Origin: Bacteroidales bacterium
Lineage (GTDB): Bacteria > Bacteroidota > Bacteroidia > Bacteroidales > P3
NCBI GenBank assembly: GCA_017443265.1
Contig: JAFSOU010000015.1
Span: 399 to 64,398, forward strand
DNA length: 64,000 nt
Direction of reading: 5' to 3'
A model generated the notes under the pieces. The model ran no database searches and had not been told where the DNA came from. It saw only the letters and a program-made list of their open reading frames with translations. This document shows positions 54,501 to 64,000 of the stretch, piece by piece. How positions within the stretch are numbered: the first letter of the stretch is position 1; each line of letters begins with the position of its first letter. Both the position numbers and the translations under genes were made by a program.

Positions 54501-55868
54501 GCGGGGCTGGAAAGCCTGGATACCCAGTCGGTGCAGCGTAGGAGCACGGTTCAACAGTATCGGGTGACCTTTCAGTATGTTCTCAAGGATTTCCCAGATA
54601 ACGGTGTCCTTGCGTTCCACAATGCGTTTTGCCGATTTAACGGTCTTTACTATGCCTCTTTCGAGCAGTTTTCTTATAATGAACGGTTTGAACAACTCGG
54701 CTGCCATATCCTTAGGCAGACCGCATTCGTGCATTTTCAGTTCGGGGCCTACCACGATAACCGAACGGCCGGAGTAGTCAACACGTTTACCGAGAAGGTT
54801 CTGACGGAAACGGCCTTGTTTACCTTTCAAGCTGTCCGACAGGGATTTAAGTGCACGGTTGGAGTCGGTTCTTACGGAGCTGGCCTTGCGCGAATTGTCG
54901 AACAAAGAGTCCACAGCTTCCTGCAACATACGTTTTTCGTTACGCATGATGACTTCGGGAGCTTTTATCTCCATCAGTTTTTTCAGACGGTTGTTGCGGA
55001 TTATCACGCGGCGGTACAGCTCGTTGAGGTCGGAGGTTGCGAAACGTCCGCCGTCGATAGCTACGAGAGGACGCAGCTCGGGAGGAGTAACAGGAACCAC
55101 TTGTATAATCATCCATTCGGGACGGTTTTCTTTGCGGCGCTGGCCTTCGCGGAATGCCTCCACAATGTTCAGACGCTTAAGGGCGTCCTGTTTCCTCTGG
55201 TTCGAAGTCTCTTCTTTAGCCTTGACCCTGAGCTCTGCCGACAGAGAATCCAAGTCCAGATCCTTGAGGAGGGTGTGGATGGCTTCGGCACCCATACCGG
55301 CTATGAACTTGTTGGGGTCGCTATCGTCGAGTTGCGAGTTTCCCGGAAGGTTGTCAATAATGTTGTAATATTCCTCTTCTGTAAGGAGTTCGCGTTTTTC
55401 GAGGGGTTTGCCGTCTTCGCGTTTGGCAAGGCCGGGTTGGATAACCACATACTTCTCGTAATAGATAACCTGTTCCAGTTTTTTGCTGGGGATGTCGAGC
55501 AAAGTGCCTATTTTGTTGGGCATGGAGCGGAAAAACCAGATGTGTGCCACCGGAACAGTGAGTTCGATGTGTCCCATACGCTCGCGGCGCACTTTCTTCT
55601 CGGTCACTTCCACACCGCAGCGGTCGCAAACGATGCCTTTGTAACGTATGCGTTTGTATTTTCCGCAGTGGCATTCCCAGTCGCGGACAGGTCCGAAAAT
55701 TCTTTCGCAGAACAAGCCGTCGCGTTCGGGCTTGTAGGTGCGGTAGTTTATTGTTTCAGGCTTGGCAACCTCGCCGAACGAGCGTTTTTTAATCATCTCG
55801 GGCGAAGCCAAGCTTATAGTTATCGAACTAAAATCGTTTTTTATCTGTGAATCGTTTTTAAAAGCCAT
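51594..55868 (-). CDS. rpoC: DNA-directed RNA polymerase subunit beta'
   Basis: 1424 aa with [10 protein letters not shown] and canonical beta' blocks. Confidence 0.99.
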   Translation of the reverse strand: MAFKNDSQIKNDFSSITISLASPEMIKKRSFGEVAKPETINYRTYKPERDGLFCERIFGPVRDWECHCGKYKRIRYKGIVCDRCGVEVTEKKVRRERMGHIELTVPVAHIWFFRSMPNKIGTLLDIPSKKLEQVIYYEKYVVIQPGLAKREDGKPLEKRELLTEEEYYNIIDNLPGNSQLDDSDPNKFIAGMGAEAIHTLLKDLDLDSLSAELRVKAKEETSNQRKQDALKRLNIVEAFREGQRRKENRPEWMIIQVVPVTPPELRPLVAIDGGRFATSDLNELYRRVIIRNNRLKKLMEIKAPEVIMRNEKRMLQEAVDSLFDNSRKASSVRTDSNRALKSLSDSLKGKQGRFRQNLLGKRVDYSGRSVIVVGPELKMHECGLPKDMAAELFKPFIIRKLLERGIVKTVKSAKRIVERKDTVIWEILENILKGHPILLNRAPTLHRLGIQAFQPRIIEGKAIRLHPLVCTAFNADFDGDQMAIHVPLGNAAILEAQLLMLASHNILNPANGAPITVPSQDMVLGLYYMTKPRRSEPGHPMKGEGKIFYSPEEVIIAFNEKRVDLHSIIKVKIENKGKEELIETTVGRVLFNQVVPKDYGYINEVLGKKSLRDIIGDVFKVCGNAVTAKFLDDIKNMGYRMAFKGGLSFNLGDVIVPEAKEELIAQANAEVDEVIANYSMGLITNNERYNQVIDIWTDTNARLTEAVMTQLKNDNQGFNSVYMMLDSGARGSKEQIRQLSGMRGLMAKPQKAGATGNEIIENPIISNFKEGLSVLEYFISTHGARKGLADTALKTADAGYLTRRLVDVAHDVIISEEDCGTLRGLPTTALMKNDEVVQTLSERILGRTSVHDIYNPETGELIVPAGEELTEVICKKIEDAGIEEVEIRSVLTCESKQGVCARCYGRNLATNKMVQKGEAVGVIAAQSIGEPGTQLTLRTFHVGGVAGGNIGTTSKLEAKHAGKLEIDELRSVHYVTSTNEEYDIVIGRSAEMRIVDERTNITLATALLPYGSHLYKHVGDNLQKGDIIADWDPYNAVILSEVSGKVVFENVVENVTYRVESDDQTGLHDKVIIESRQKTKNPTISIVDENGEVQKVYDLPVHAHIVVEDGTELKAGDIMAKVPRSFGKAGDITGGLPRVTELFEARNPSDPAVVAEIDGIVTIAKKLKRNNREITITPKAGKARTYLIPTSKQILAQDNDYVKAGTPLSEGAITPADILAVKGPMKVQEYIVNEVQEVYRLQGVKINDKHFEVIVRQMMRKVEIEDPGDTRFMEGELVNKVDFHEENDKIFGMQYIDDAGDSENYKKGQIITARQLRDENSSLKRQDKRPMVALDAKPATARQVLQGITRASLQTKSFLSAASFQETTKVLTEAAICAKQDFLLGMKENVLVGHLIPAGTGLREYKDIIVADKAEMEAATATKK

Positions 55869-55904
55869 AATTCTTATCCTAAACTAATGAAAAACTATTC
55901 TTAA

Positions 55905-58900
55905 TTATTCGAAATCGAGTTCAAGACCCAGTCCACGCAATTCATGAACGAGCACATTGAACGATTCGGGTATTCCGGGGGTCGGCATATTGTCGCCCTT
56001 CACGATGGCCTCGTATGTCTTCGACCTGCCGGGGACGTCGTCGGATTTCACCGTAAGTATCTCCTGCAATATATGCGAAGCACCGAAGGCTTCCAATGCC
56101 CACACCTCCATTTCTCCGAAACGCTGTCCGCCGAACTGTGCCTTACCGCCCAACGGCTGTTGTGTGATAAGCGAGTACGGTCCGATGGAACGAGCGTGCA
56201 TCTTGTCGTCGATCATGTGGTGCAATTTCAACATATAGATGTAGCCCACGGTAGCCGGCTGGTCGAAACGGTCGCCGGTTTCACCGTCGTAGAGGTAGGT
56301 GCGGCCGTTTTCGGGCAGTCCTGCCTCACGCATATATCCGTTGATCTGCTCGAGGGTGGCGCCATCGAAGATAGGTGTCTGGTAGCGTTTGCCCAGTTTC
56401 TTGCCTGCCCAGCCCAAAACAGTTTCGTAAATCTGTCCAAGGTTCATACGCGAAGGCACGCCCAGGGGGTTAAGGACAATGTCCACAGGGGTTCCGTCGG
56501 CAAGGAACGGCATATCTTCGGCACGTACAATCTTCGACACGATACCTTTGTTACCGTGACGACCGGCCATTTTGTCGCCGATACGCAGTTTGCGCTTGCT
56601 TGCCACATACACTTTGGCCATCTGAACTATGCCCTGCGGCAGGTCGTCGCCAACAGTCTTAACAAATTTCTCGCGTGTGTAGCGGCCAAATATCTCGCGA
56701 TATTTGATGTTGTAGTTGTTGAGCAACTCCTTAACAAGGTCGTTGGCCTCCTTGTCGGTGGTCCACTTGTTGGGGTTTACTGTGGTATAGTCTATTTCCT
56801 TGAGTATCTTCTGGGTAAATTTGGTTCTTTTGGGAACCACTTCTTCCTTGACATTGGAATAAACTCCGTTGCACACTTTGCCAGTGAGTATAATCACCAG
56901 TTTGTCCACAAGTTTGCGTTTCAGTTCCTCGGTCTCTTCGTTGAACTTGACATCGAGTTCGGCAATAACCTCCTTGTCGTGGGTACGGTTCTTAGGGCTC
57001 TTGGCGATGTGACTGAATAGTTTCTTGTCGATAACCACGCCCTGTACTGAAGGCGGAACCTTGAACGAAGCGTCTTTCACGTCGCCGGCCTTGTCGCCGA
57101 AAATGGCTCTGAGGAGTTTCTCTTCGGGAGTGGGGTCCGATTCGCCTTTGGGTGTGATTTTTCCTATCAATATATCGCCTTCCTTGACTTCGGCGCCGAT
57201 ACGGATTATACCATTTTCGTCGAGGTCTTTGGTGGCGTCGTTGCTCACGTTGGGTATATCGCGTGTCAGTTCCTCTACACCGCGTTTTGTCTCTCTCACC
57301 TGTGTGGTGAATTCCTCAACGTGTACGGAAGTGAATATGTCTTCTTTAACAACTTTTTCGGAGATAACGATAGCATCCTCGTAGTTGTAACCTTTCCACG
57401 GCATAAATGCCACCATGAGGTTACGTCCGAGTGCCAGTTCTCCGTTTTGTGTTGCGTAACCTTCACAAAGCACCTGTCCTTTTTTCACCTTGTCGCCTTT
57501 GCTGACTATAGGACGAAGGTTGATGGCAGTGCTGTGGTTGGTACGCTGGTATTTGGTAAGATTGTAAGTCTTGAGGTCGTCGTCGAAAGTAACCAGACGC
57601 TGACGCTCGTCGCGGGAGTGGCGTATCACTATCTTGGTGGCGTCCACATATTCCACCACACCATCGCCCACTGCGTTGAGCAGCACGCGGGAGTCTTCGG
57701 CCACCGATTTCTCGATACCGGTTCCCACTATGGGTATCTCGGGGTTGAGCAGAGGCACAGCCTGACGCATCATGTTGGATCCCATCAAGGCACGGTTGGC
57801 GTCGTCGTGTTCCAGGAAAGGAATCAGCGATGCCGCTATGGAAGCTATCTGGTTCGATGCGATATCCATAAGGTTCACATCCTCCGGCGAAACTATTGGA
57901 AAATCGGCCAAGTTACGAGCTTTCACCTTCTCTGTGGTGATGGTGCCGTCCTCGCTCTGAGGAGTGGTGGCCTGAGCCACAATCTGGTTTTCTTCTTCTT
58001 CGGCGGTAAGGAATATCGGTTCCTCGTCAACCTGCACTTTGCCTTCCACCACTCTCTGGTAAGGAGTTTCGATAAAACCGAGACGGTTTATCTTGGCATA
58101 AACGCACAGCGACGAGATAAGTCCGATGTTCGGGCCTTCTGGGGTTTCGATGGTACACAGACGTCCGTAGTGAGTGTAGTGCACGTCACGCACCTCAAAT
58201 CCGGCGCGTTCGCGCGACAGACCTCCGGGACCCAGTGCCGAGATACGGCGTTTGTGGGTGATTTCGGCCAGCGGGTTAGTCTGGTCCATGAACTGCGACA
58301 GCTGGTTGGTGCCGAAAAACGAGTTGATGACCGACGACAAAGTCTTGGCGTTGATAAGGTCCACTATGCCGAACACCTCGTTGTCGCGCACGTTCATACG
58401 CTCGCGGATGGTGCGGGCCATACGTGCCAGACCCACGCTGAACTGTGCCGAAAGCTGCTCGCCAACGGTACGCACCCTACGGTTGCTCAGGTGGTCGATA
58501 TCGTCGACCTCGGCCTTGGAGTTGATAAGTTCAATCAGATATTTGATGATGGAAGTGATGTCCTCGCGGGTAAGCACACGCACGTCGGAAGAAACGGTGA
58601 GGTTCAGCTTGGTGTTGATACGGTAGCGTCCCACATCGCCCAAGTCGTAACGTTTCTCGGAGAAGAACAATTTTTCGATGATGCCTCGCGCGGTCTCCTC
58701 GTCGGGTGGGTCGGCGCTACGCAGCAGTCTGTAAATAAATTCTACAGCTTCCTTGGCATTGTGAGCTGTATCTTTATTCAATGTGTTGAAAATCACCGAA
58801 TAATCGAGAGTGTCATCGGCCTCTTTGTGAACAAGGATAGATTTCACACCGAGGTCCATGATTTTGTCGATATGTTCTTCGGTTAGTTCGGAGTCACGTT

Positions 58901-59708
58901 CCACGACGACCTCGTTACGTTCCATTGAAAGGACTTCACCGGTGTCCTCGTCTACGAAATCCTCAACCCACGAACGTTCCACGCGTGCAGCCAGCTTACG
59001 GCCCAAAACGCGTTGCAAGTTTGTGGGACTCACCTTTATCTCTTCGGAGAGGTTGAAAATATCAAGAATATCTTTATCCGTCTCAAAACCTATGGCGCGG
59101 AGCAAGGTTGTGATAGGAAGTTTTTTCTTACGGTCGATATAGGCGTACATCACGTTGTTGATGTCCGTTGTAAACTCCATCCAGGAGCCGCGGAACGGTA
59201 TGATACGTGCGGAATACAGCTGGGTTCCGTTGGAGTGGAACTGTGTTCCGAAGAATACGCCGGGGGAGCGGTGCAGTTGCGAAACAACCACACGTTCGGC
59301 TCCGTTTATCACGAATGTGGCTTTGGGAGTCATATACGGTATCATTCCCAAGAACACATCGTCTATTTTGGTCTCGAACTCCTCGTGTTCGGGATCGGTG
59401 CAGGACAGGCGCAGCTTGGCCTTCAGAGGCACGCTGTACGTAAGGCCGCGCTCGATACATTCCTCTATGGTGTACCGCGGCGGGTCGATGAAATAGTCTA
59501 AAAATTCAAGAACGTAATTGTTGCGCGTATCCGTGATGGGGAAGTTTTCGTTGAAAACTTTGTACAACCCTTCGTTAAGATGGTTGTCGGGATTTGTCTC
59601 TATCTGGAAAAAATCCCTGAACGATTTGAGCTGGATATCCAAAAAATCGGGGTAGTCGAATTTGCGAACTGTCGCGAAATTAACTACTTTTGAGTTATTA
59701 TTTGCCAA
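55905..59708 (-). CDS. rpoB: DNA-directed RNA polymerase subunit beta
   Basis: 1267 aa with ...[12 protein letters not shown]... and ...[11 protein letters not shown]... blocks. Confidence 0.99.
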   Translation of the reverse strand: MANNNSKVVNFATVRKFDYPDFLDIQLKSFRDFFQIETNPDNHLNEGLYKVFNENFPITDTRNNYVLEFLDYFIDPPRYTIEECIERGLTYSVPLKAKLRLSCTDPEHEEFETKIDDVFLGMIPYMTPKATFVINGAERVVVSQLHRSPGVFFGTQFHSNGTQLYSARIIPFRGSWMEFTTDINNVMYAYIDRKKKLPITTLLRAIGFETDKDILDIFNLSEEIKVSPTNLQRVLGRKLAARVERSWVEDFVDEDTGEVLSMERNEVVVERDSELTEEHIDKIMDLGVKSILVHKEADDTLDYSVIFNTLNKDTAHNAKEAVEFIYRLLRSADPPDEETARGIIEKLFFSEKRYDLGDVGRYRINTKLNLTVSSDVRVLTREDITSIIKYLIELINSKAEVDDIDHLSNRRVRTVGEQLSAQFSVGLARMARTIRERMNVRDNEVFGIVDLINAKTLSSVINSFFGTNQLSQFMDQTNPLAEITHKRRISALGPGGLSRERAGFEVRDVHYTHYGRLCTIETPEGPNIGLISSLCVYAKINRLGFIETPYQRVVEGKVQVDEEPIFLTAEEEENQIVAQATTPQSEDGTITTEKVKARNLADFPIVSPEDVNLMDIASNQIASIAASLIPFLEHDDANRALMGSNMMRQAVPLLNPEIPIVGTGIEKSVAEDSRVLLNAVGDGVVEYVDATKIVIRHSRDERQRLVTFDDDLKTYNLTKYQRTNHSTAINLRPIVSKGDKVKKGQVLCEGYATQNGELALGRNLMVAFMPWKGYNYEDAIVISEKVVKEDIFTSVHVEEFTTQVRETKRGVEELTRDIPNVSNDATKDLDENGIIRIGAEVKEGDILIGKITPKGESDPTPEEKLLRAIFGDKAGDVKDASFKVPPSVQGVVIDKKLFSHIAKSPKNRTHDKEVIAELDVKFNEETEELKRKLVDKLVIILTGKVCNGVYSNVKEEVVPKRTKFTQKILKEIDYTTVNPNKWTTDKEANDLVKELLNNYNIKYREIFGRYTREKFVKTVGDDLPQGIVQMAKVYVASKRKLRIGDKMAGRHGNKGIVSKIVRAEDMPFLADGTPVDIVLNPLGVPSRMNLGQIYETVLGWAGKKLGKRYQTPIFDGATLEQINGYMREAGLPENGRTYLYDGETGDRFDQPATVGYIYMLKLHHMIDDKMHARSIGPYSLITQQPLGGKAQFGGQRFGEMEVWALEAFGASHILQEILTVKSDDVPGRSKTYEAIVKGDNMPTPGIPESFNVLVHELRGLGLELDFE

Positions 59709-59770
59709 GGTCTATGTGTTTTTATGATGTTTTCCGAAACTAAGAATTAACTAACAAACAAACAAGGAAT

Positions 59771-59795
59771 GGGCTCCCCGACTGCTCGGAAGCCC
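59771..59795 (-). promoter_or_regulatory. Stem-loop in the rplL-rpoB spacer, a possible partial terminator or attenuator
   Basis: On the minus strand it reads GGGCTTCC-GAGCAGTC-GGGGAGCCC, followed by a U/G-rich tract. Confidence 0.35.
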
Positions 59796-59824
59796 TATTC
59801 CTTATGGAACCAATAGGTGAAAAC

Positions 59825-60205
59825 CTATTTGATCTCAACTTCTGCGCCTGCTTCTTCGAGGGATTTCTTCAAAGCTTCAGCTTCGTCTTTGGAAACACCT
59901 TCTTTTACAGGCTTGGGAGCTGCGTCAACTAATTCTTTAGCTTCTTTCAGTCCGAGGCTTGCCAGATCCTTAACCAGTTTCACAACGGCCAGTTTCTGAG
60001 CACCGGCGGCTTTCAGTATCACGTCGAAAGAGGTTTTCTCTTCAGCGGCGGCACCAGCGGCGGCACCAGCGGCGGGAGCGGCTACTGCAACAGCTGCTGC
60101 AGCGGGTTCAATGCCGTATTCTTCTTTCAATACATCGGCCAATTCTTTTACTTCTTTTACTGTAAGATTTACTAATTGTTCAGCAATAGCTTTAATATCT
60201 GCCAT
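59825..60205 (-). CDS. rplL: 50S ribosomal protein L7/L12
   Basis: [38 protein letters not shown]...LKEAKELVD... Confidence 0.98.
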   Translation of the reverse strand: MADIKAIAEQLVNLTVKEVKELADVLKEEYGIEPAAAAVAVAAPAAGAAAGAAAEEKTSFDVILKAAGAQKLAVVKLVKDLASLGLKEAKELVDAAPKPVKEGVSKDEAEALKKSLEEAGAEVEIK

Positions 60206-60276
60206 GACTTTTTTATTTTTAAATGTTTTACAATTTGTTTACTTTTTTGTTTTTTTTTGATGTTCGCACATCAGTT

Positions 60277-60798
60277 TTATTCGGCTTTTTCCGACATAGT
60301 CTTCAAAACTCCGGTCAATGTGTTTGCGCCAGACTGCAACTGCGAAACCACGTTCTTGACAGGCGACTGCAGCAGAGCCACAACGTCGGCGATAAGTTCG
60401 TTCTTGGACTTGATGTTCACCAGTGTGTCCAAGTTTTCGTCGCCAATGTAGAACGACTCTTCCACATAAGCACCTTTGAGGATGGGTTTTGCGTTAGTAG
60501 CACGGAACTCTTTTATGAGTTTGGCGGGAGCGTTGTTGGAGTTCGAAAGCATTATCGAAGTCTCGCCTTTTATGACAGGGAACAACTCAGAGTAGTCGAC
60601 TCCTGTCTTTTCCATTGCCTTTATGAGCAATGTGTTCTTGACAACCAACAGTTTCACTTCTCTGCGGAATGCCAAACGGCGCAACTTGCTCGTCTGTACA
60701 GAGTTGAAGCCTCCAATGTCGGCTATGTACAGATGAGGGTAGTTTTTGATTTCCTCGCAAAGTGAGTCTATCAGTTGGGCTTTCAGTTCTTTTCTCAT
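60277..60798 (-). CDS. rplJ: 50S ribosomal protein L10
   Basis: 173 aa in the operon position between rplA and rplL, with an L10-like sequence. Confidence 0.95.
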   Translation of the reverse strand: MRKELKAQLIDSLCEEIKNYPHLYIADIGGFNSVQTSKLRRLAFRREVKLLVVKNTLLIKAMEKTGVDYSELFPVIKGETSIMLSNSNNAPAKLIKEFRATNAKPILKGAYVEESFYIGDENLDTLVNIKSKNELIADVVALLQSPVKNVVSQLQSGANTLTGVLKTMSEKAE

Positions 60799-60826
60799 AA
60801 TGTTTCGAAAGTTTACTAATTATTGA

Positions 60827-61522
60827 TTACAAGCTAATGGATTTGGTGTCGACTTTTACGCCGGGGCTCATTGTGCTGGACACGGTTACGCTTTTCACGT
60901 ATGTGCCTTTGGCGGCGGCGGGTTTCAGCTTGATGATAGCCTGCAGCACCTCGCGTGCGTTGTCCACTATTTTGTTAGGTTCGAACGACACTTTTGCCAC
61001 TGCAGAGTGGATGATACCAAATTTGTCAACCTTGAAGTCGATTTTACCGGCCTTAGCTTCTGTAACTGCTTTGCCAACTTCCATAGTAACTGTGCCTGTT
61101 TTGGGGTTGGGCATGAGTCCGCGGGGACCCAGTATTTTTCCCAGCGCTCCTACTTTGGGCATTACGCTCGGCATGGTAATAATAACATCTACATCCGTCC
61201 AACCGCCTTTTATTTTTGCGATATAGTCGTCTAATCCGTAATAATCGGCTCCGGCTGCCTTAGCTTCTTCTTCCTTGTCGGGGGTGCAGAGCACAAGCAC
61301 GCGAACCTGTTTTCCGGTACCGTGGGGCAATGTAACGCTGCCGCGAACCATCTGGTTGGCTTTGCGGGGGTCAACGCCCAAGCGCACATCAAGATCCACG
61401 GAAGCGTCGAACTTGGTGTAGGTGATGTCCTTCACAACCGACACGGCTTCCTCCAAAGAGTAAACCTTAGTCTTGTCGAACTTTGCTAAAGCTTCTTTTT
61501 GTTTCTTAGATAGTTTTGCCAT
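60827..61522 (-). CDS. rplA: 50S ribosomal protein L1
   Basis: [11 protein letters not shown]...[20 protein letters not shown]...LPHGTGK... Confidence 0.98.
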   Translation of the reverse strand: MAKLSKKQKEALAKFDKTKVYSLEEAVSVVKDITYTKFDASVDLDVRLGVDPRKANQMVRGSVTLPHGTGKQVRVLVLCTPDKEEEAKAAGADYYGLDDYIAKIKGGWTDVDVIITMPSVMPKVGALGKILGPRGLMPNPKTGTVTMEVGKAVTEAKAGKIDFKVDKFGIIHSAVAKVSFEPNKIVDNAREVLQAIIKLKPAAAKGTYVKSVTVSSTMSPGVKVDTKSISL

Positions 61523-61540
61523 GTTTTTTTAAACTTTAAT

Positions 61541-61984
61541 TTATTTAGCCAAGGGGTTCTCACCCGTAACAGTGATACCCATACTTCTTGCAGTACCTGC
61601 CACCATGCTCATCGCCGATTCTATTGTGAAACAGTTCAGGTCGGGCATTTTGGCTTCTGCAATCTGACGCACCTGGTCCCAGGTTACGGAAGCCACCTTG
61701 TTTCGGTTGGGTTCGGCCGAACCGCTCTTCAACTTGGCCACTTCTTTCAGCTGGATTGCCACAGGGGTCGTCTTAATTACAAAATCAAAGGATTTGTCGG
61801 TGTAAACAGTGATGATGGCGGGTACGATCTTGCCTGCCATATCCTGGGTTCTGGCATTGAACTGCTTGCAGAACTCCATGATGTTAACACCTTTAGCACC
61901 CAATGCCGGACCTACCGGTGGGGCGGGGTTTGCCGCGCCTCCCTTGATCTGCAATTTAATCAATCCTGCAACTTCTTTTGCCAT
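61541..61984 (-). CDS. rplK: 50S ribosomal protein L11
   Basis: [42 protein letters not shown]... Confidence 0.98.
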   Translation of the reverse strand: MAKEVAGLIKLQIKGGAANPAPPVGPALGAKGVNIMEFCKQFNARTQDMAGKIVPAIITVYTDKSFDFVIKTTPVAIQLKEVAKLKSGSAEPNRNKVASVTWDQVRQIAEAKMPDLNCFTIESAMSMVAGTARSMGITVTGENPLAK

Positions 61985-62045
61985 TTTTGATAAATGCTAA
62001 ATTTGTTATTACTAATAAAATTGACTTTTTCGGCTCTGCCTTCGA

Positions 62046-62591
62046 CTACTCTTTCTCCACCTGGGCGAAATTCAGTTCCAGAGGCGTGCGGCGACCGAAA
62101 ATCTTGACCATCACGACCAATTTTTTCTTGTCTTCCATCACCTCTTCCACAACTCCGCTGAAGCTGTTGAAAGGTCCGTCGATAACCTTTACATTCTCTC
62201 CTACTATGAACGGGTCGGCGTAGCCCTCGCCCTTTTCGCGGTCGTCGTCAACCTTGCCTAAGATGCGGTTCACTTCGGCCTCGCGCATGGGTATGGGTTT
62301 GCCGTCCTTCTCGCGCAGGAAATCGATAACATTTGGAATGTTCTGAATGATTTGTGCTATCTCACCTGCCAAGGCAGCTTCAATCAACACATATCCCGGG
62401 AAAAAGTTGCGTTCTTTCATCACCTTTTTGCCGTTGCGTATCGACCAAACCTTCTCGGTAGGTATGAGCACCTGCGAAACGTACTGTTGCAAGCCAAGGC
62501 GGTTCACCTCGTTGAGGATATACTCTCTGGCTTTGTTTTCCTTTCCGCTGATGGCTCTTACCACATACCATTTTTTCACTTGTTCTTCCAT
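62046..62591 (-). CDS. nusG: Transcription termination/antitermination factor NusG
   Basis: The start was set at MEEQVKKWYVVRAISGKENKA (NGN domain). The C-terminal KOW region is GENVKVIDGPFNSFSGVVEEV. The ORF-track start at 62669 adds 26 unlikely residues. Confidence 0.95.
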   Translation of the reverse strand: MEEQVKKWYVVRAISGKENKAREYILNEVNRLGLQQYVSQVLIPTEKVWSIRNGKKVMKERNFFPGYVLIEAALAGEIAQIIQNIPNVIDFLREKDGKPIPMREAEVNRILGKVDDDREKGEGYADPFIVGENVKVIDGPFNSFSGVVEEVMEDKKKLVVMVKIFGRRTPLELNFAQVEKE

Positions 62592-62730
62592 ATACCGATT
62601 ATTGTTGTAAATTGTTGTGGCGTCGCCACATACTTTATATTTATATACTCTCTTGCTGCTTGTCGCCACGCTATTTCAATAATGAAATTGGGAAGCAAAA
62701 AAAGCGCGGCTATCTTCTTTTGAAGAAACG

Positions 62731-62946
62731 TTATTTGAATATATCGTAAAAGTATCCCAGAAAACCTCTCCATCCCATATCCTGTGCTCCGAAAACGAAG
62801 TCCATCAGGAACACTATGAGTGCGAGAATGAGTGCTGCCACTGCCACTACGATGGCACTGCTCTGCAGCTCTTGAAATGTTGGCCACGACGTTTTATGAA
62901 CGAGTTCGTCGTAGCTGCTTTTTACATAATCTCCTATCTTCGACAT
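62731..62946 (-). CDS. secE: Preprotein translocase subunit SecE
   Basis: 71 aa, with ...ELVHKTSWPTFQELQSSAIVVAVAALILALIVFLMD, a single TM helix, and a position between tRNA-Trp and nusG. Confidence 0.9.
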   Translation of the reverse strand: MSKIGDYVKSSYDELVHKTSWPTFQELQSSAIVVAVAALILALIVFLMDFVFGAQDMGWRGFLGYFYDIFK

Positions 62947-62965
62947 TTTATCCTTTTATTTTTAG

Positions 62966-63036
62966 CAGGGGCTGAGAGAATCGAACTCCCATCTAAGGTT
63001 TTGGAGACCTCCATTCTGCCATTAAACTAAGCCCCT
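62966..63036 (-). tRNA. tRNA-Trp (anticodon CCA)
   Basis: Hand-folded. The acceptor stem AGGGGCT pairs with AGCCCCT. The anticodon stem is GAGGT/ACCTT with loop CTCCAAA. The T-arm is GGGAG-TTCGATT-CTCTC. The tuf, tRNA-Trp, secE order is conserved. Confidence 0.88.
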
Positions 63037-63041
63037 TTCCG

Positions 63042-63070
63042 AAAAAAACGGGCGAGCTTTATCCCGCCCG
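63042..63070 (-). terminator. Rho-independent terminator after tuf
   Basis: Stem cgggcg...cgcccg with a U-run on the minus strand (plus-strand aaaaaaa 63042..63048). Confidence 0.65.
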
Positions 63071-63095
63071 TTTTTCTTTTGTTATATAACTAAAA

Positions 63096-64000
63096 TTAGT
63101 CTAACAGTTTGGTTACCTGACCGGCGCCCACTGTACGACCGCCTTCGCGGATAGCGAAACGCAGGTTCTCGTTCAGAGCGATTTCGGAGATCAGGTCAAC
63201 GGTGATTGTAAGGTTATCGCCGGGCATTACCATCTCACGGCCTTCGGGCAGGGAGATTTCACCAGTAACGTCAGTTGTACGGAAGTAGAACTGAGGACGA
63301 TATTTGTTGTGGAACGGAGTGTGACGGCCACCTTCTTCTTTCTTAAGAACGTAAACCTCTGCCTGGAATTTCTTGTGAGGTTTGATTGAGCCGGGTTTTG
63401 CAATAACCATACCACGACGGATTTCGTCTTTGTCGATACCGCGGAGCAGCAGACCTACGTTATCACCAGCTTCACCTTCGTCGAGGATTTTGCGGAACAT
63501 CTCAACGCCAGTAACAACCGATTTCAGTTTTTCAGCGCCCATACCGATGATATCAACGGGGTCGGAGGTGTGGATAACACCAGTTTCGATACGGCCGGTA
63601 GCAACTGTACCACGACCTGTGATCGAGAACACGTCTTCGATAGGCATGAGGAAATCTTTATCTCTGTCGCGAACGGGCAGGGGGATCCAGCTGTCAACTG
63701 CATCCATAAGTTCTTGGATAACGGGAACCCACTTCGGGTCGTCGTTCAGGCCGCCGAGAGCGGAACCGCGGATGATGGGGGTGTCGTCGCCTTCGAAACC
63801 GTAGAAGTTCAGCAGGTCGCGGATTTCCATTTCAACGAGGTCGAGCAGTTCGGGGTCGTCAACCAAGTCAACTTTGTTCATGAAAACAACCATTTTGGGC
63901 ACACCTACCTGTTTAGCCAGAAGGATGTGTTCACGGGTCTGGGGCATGGGACCGTCGGTGGCGGCTACCACGAGGATAGCACCGTCCATCTGGGCAGCAC
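63096..64000 (-). CDS. tuf: Elongation factor Tu (C-terminal ~300 codons; the 5' end lies outside the window)
   Basis: ...[30 protein letters not shown]...GRHTPF...[17 protein letters not shown]. The frame is open to the window edge. Confidence 0.98.
   Translation of the reverse strand, partial: AAQMDGAILVVAATDGPMPQTREHILLAKQVGVPKMVVFMNKVDLVDDPELLDLVEMEIRDLLNFYGFEGDDTPIIRGSALGGLNDDPKWVPVIQELMDAVDSWIPLPVRDRDKDFLMPIEDVFSITGRGTVATGRIETGVIHTSDPVDIIGMGAEKLKSVVTGVEMFRKILDEGEAGDNVGLLLRGIDKDEIRRGMVIAKPGSIKPHKKFQAEVYVLKKEEGGRHTPFHNKYRPQFYFRTTDVTGEISLPEGREMVMPGDNLTITVDLISEIALNENLRFAIREGGRTVGAGQVTKLLD

Noticed and set aside
51570-58886. Long plus-strand ORFs (713, 709, 358 and 521 aa) antisense to rpoC and rpoB
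   Set aside because: The opposite strand encodes unmistakable RNA polymerase beta and beta-prime. The antisense translations are Val/Gly/His/Phe-rich with no motifs.
1-64000. Integrase, transposase or IS elements that would explain the three accessory patches
   Set aside because: None of the ORFs in the window resembles a tyrosine or serine recombinase or a DDE transposase. Mobility of the islands is therefore only inferred from repeats and composition.

Overview
This is a 64-kb chromosomal segment that looks like Bacteroidota, order Bacteroidales. The evidence is TAnnTTTG -7 promoter boxes, two T9SS C-terminal sorting domains, and typical Bacteroidales DUF families and gene order. No taxonomic search was run. 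Most of the window is housekeeping: tuf, tRNA-Trp, secE, nusG, rplKAJL and rpoBC at 51.6-64 kb; uppS, bamA and two skp genes at 13.6-18.2 kb; and holA, nadC, ackA, tRNA-Ser, rbfA, purA, sodB and pcm. Three accessory patches stand out. (1) At 1-13 kb there is a polymorphic-toxin locus on the minus strand. It holds a T9SS-sorted protein and a 3311-aa Sec-signal Rhs protein with a fused TcB/TcC-like architecture. That protein carries three inserted Cna-B/SpaA-like repeats and ends in an AT-rich tip with a metzincin zinc signature (HEIGHTLGIQH). Next come an overlapping immunity candidate with a signal peptide and an orphan Rhs C-terminal module with a different tip that runs off the left edge. 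(2) At 46.2-47.8 kb a 138-bp direct duplication of the purA 3' end (136/138 identical) brackets a 1.3-kb AT-rich cassette. The cassette holds two paralogous lipoproteins and a truncated ORF fused in frame to the second purA fragment, and no recombinase is present. (3) At 39.8-42.8 kb a lower-GC cassette (AAA+/Arch_ATPase-like NTPase, 4-TM unknown protein, crcB) is bracketed by two 63-nt direct repeats. Arrays of the heptamer NTTTCAA lie nearby in three intergenic regions. No CRISPR array, integrase, transposase or rRNA was seen. The many long ORFs antisense to rhs, rpoB, rpoC, ackA, nadC and others are treated as codon-bias artefacts.
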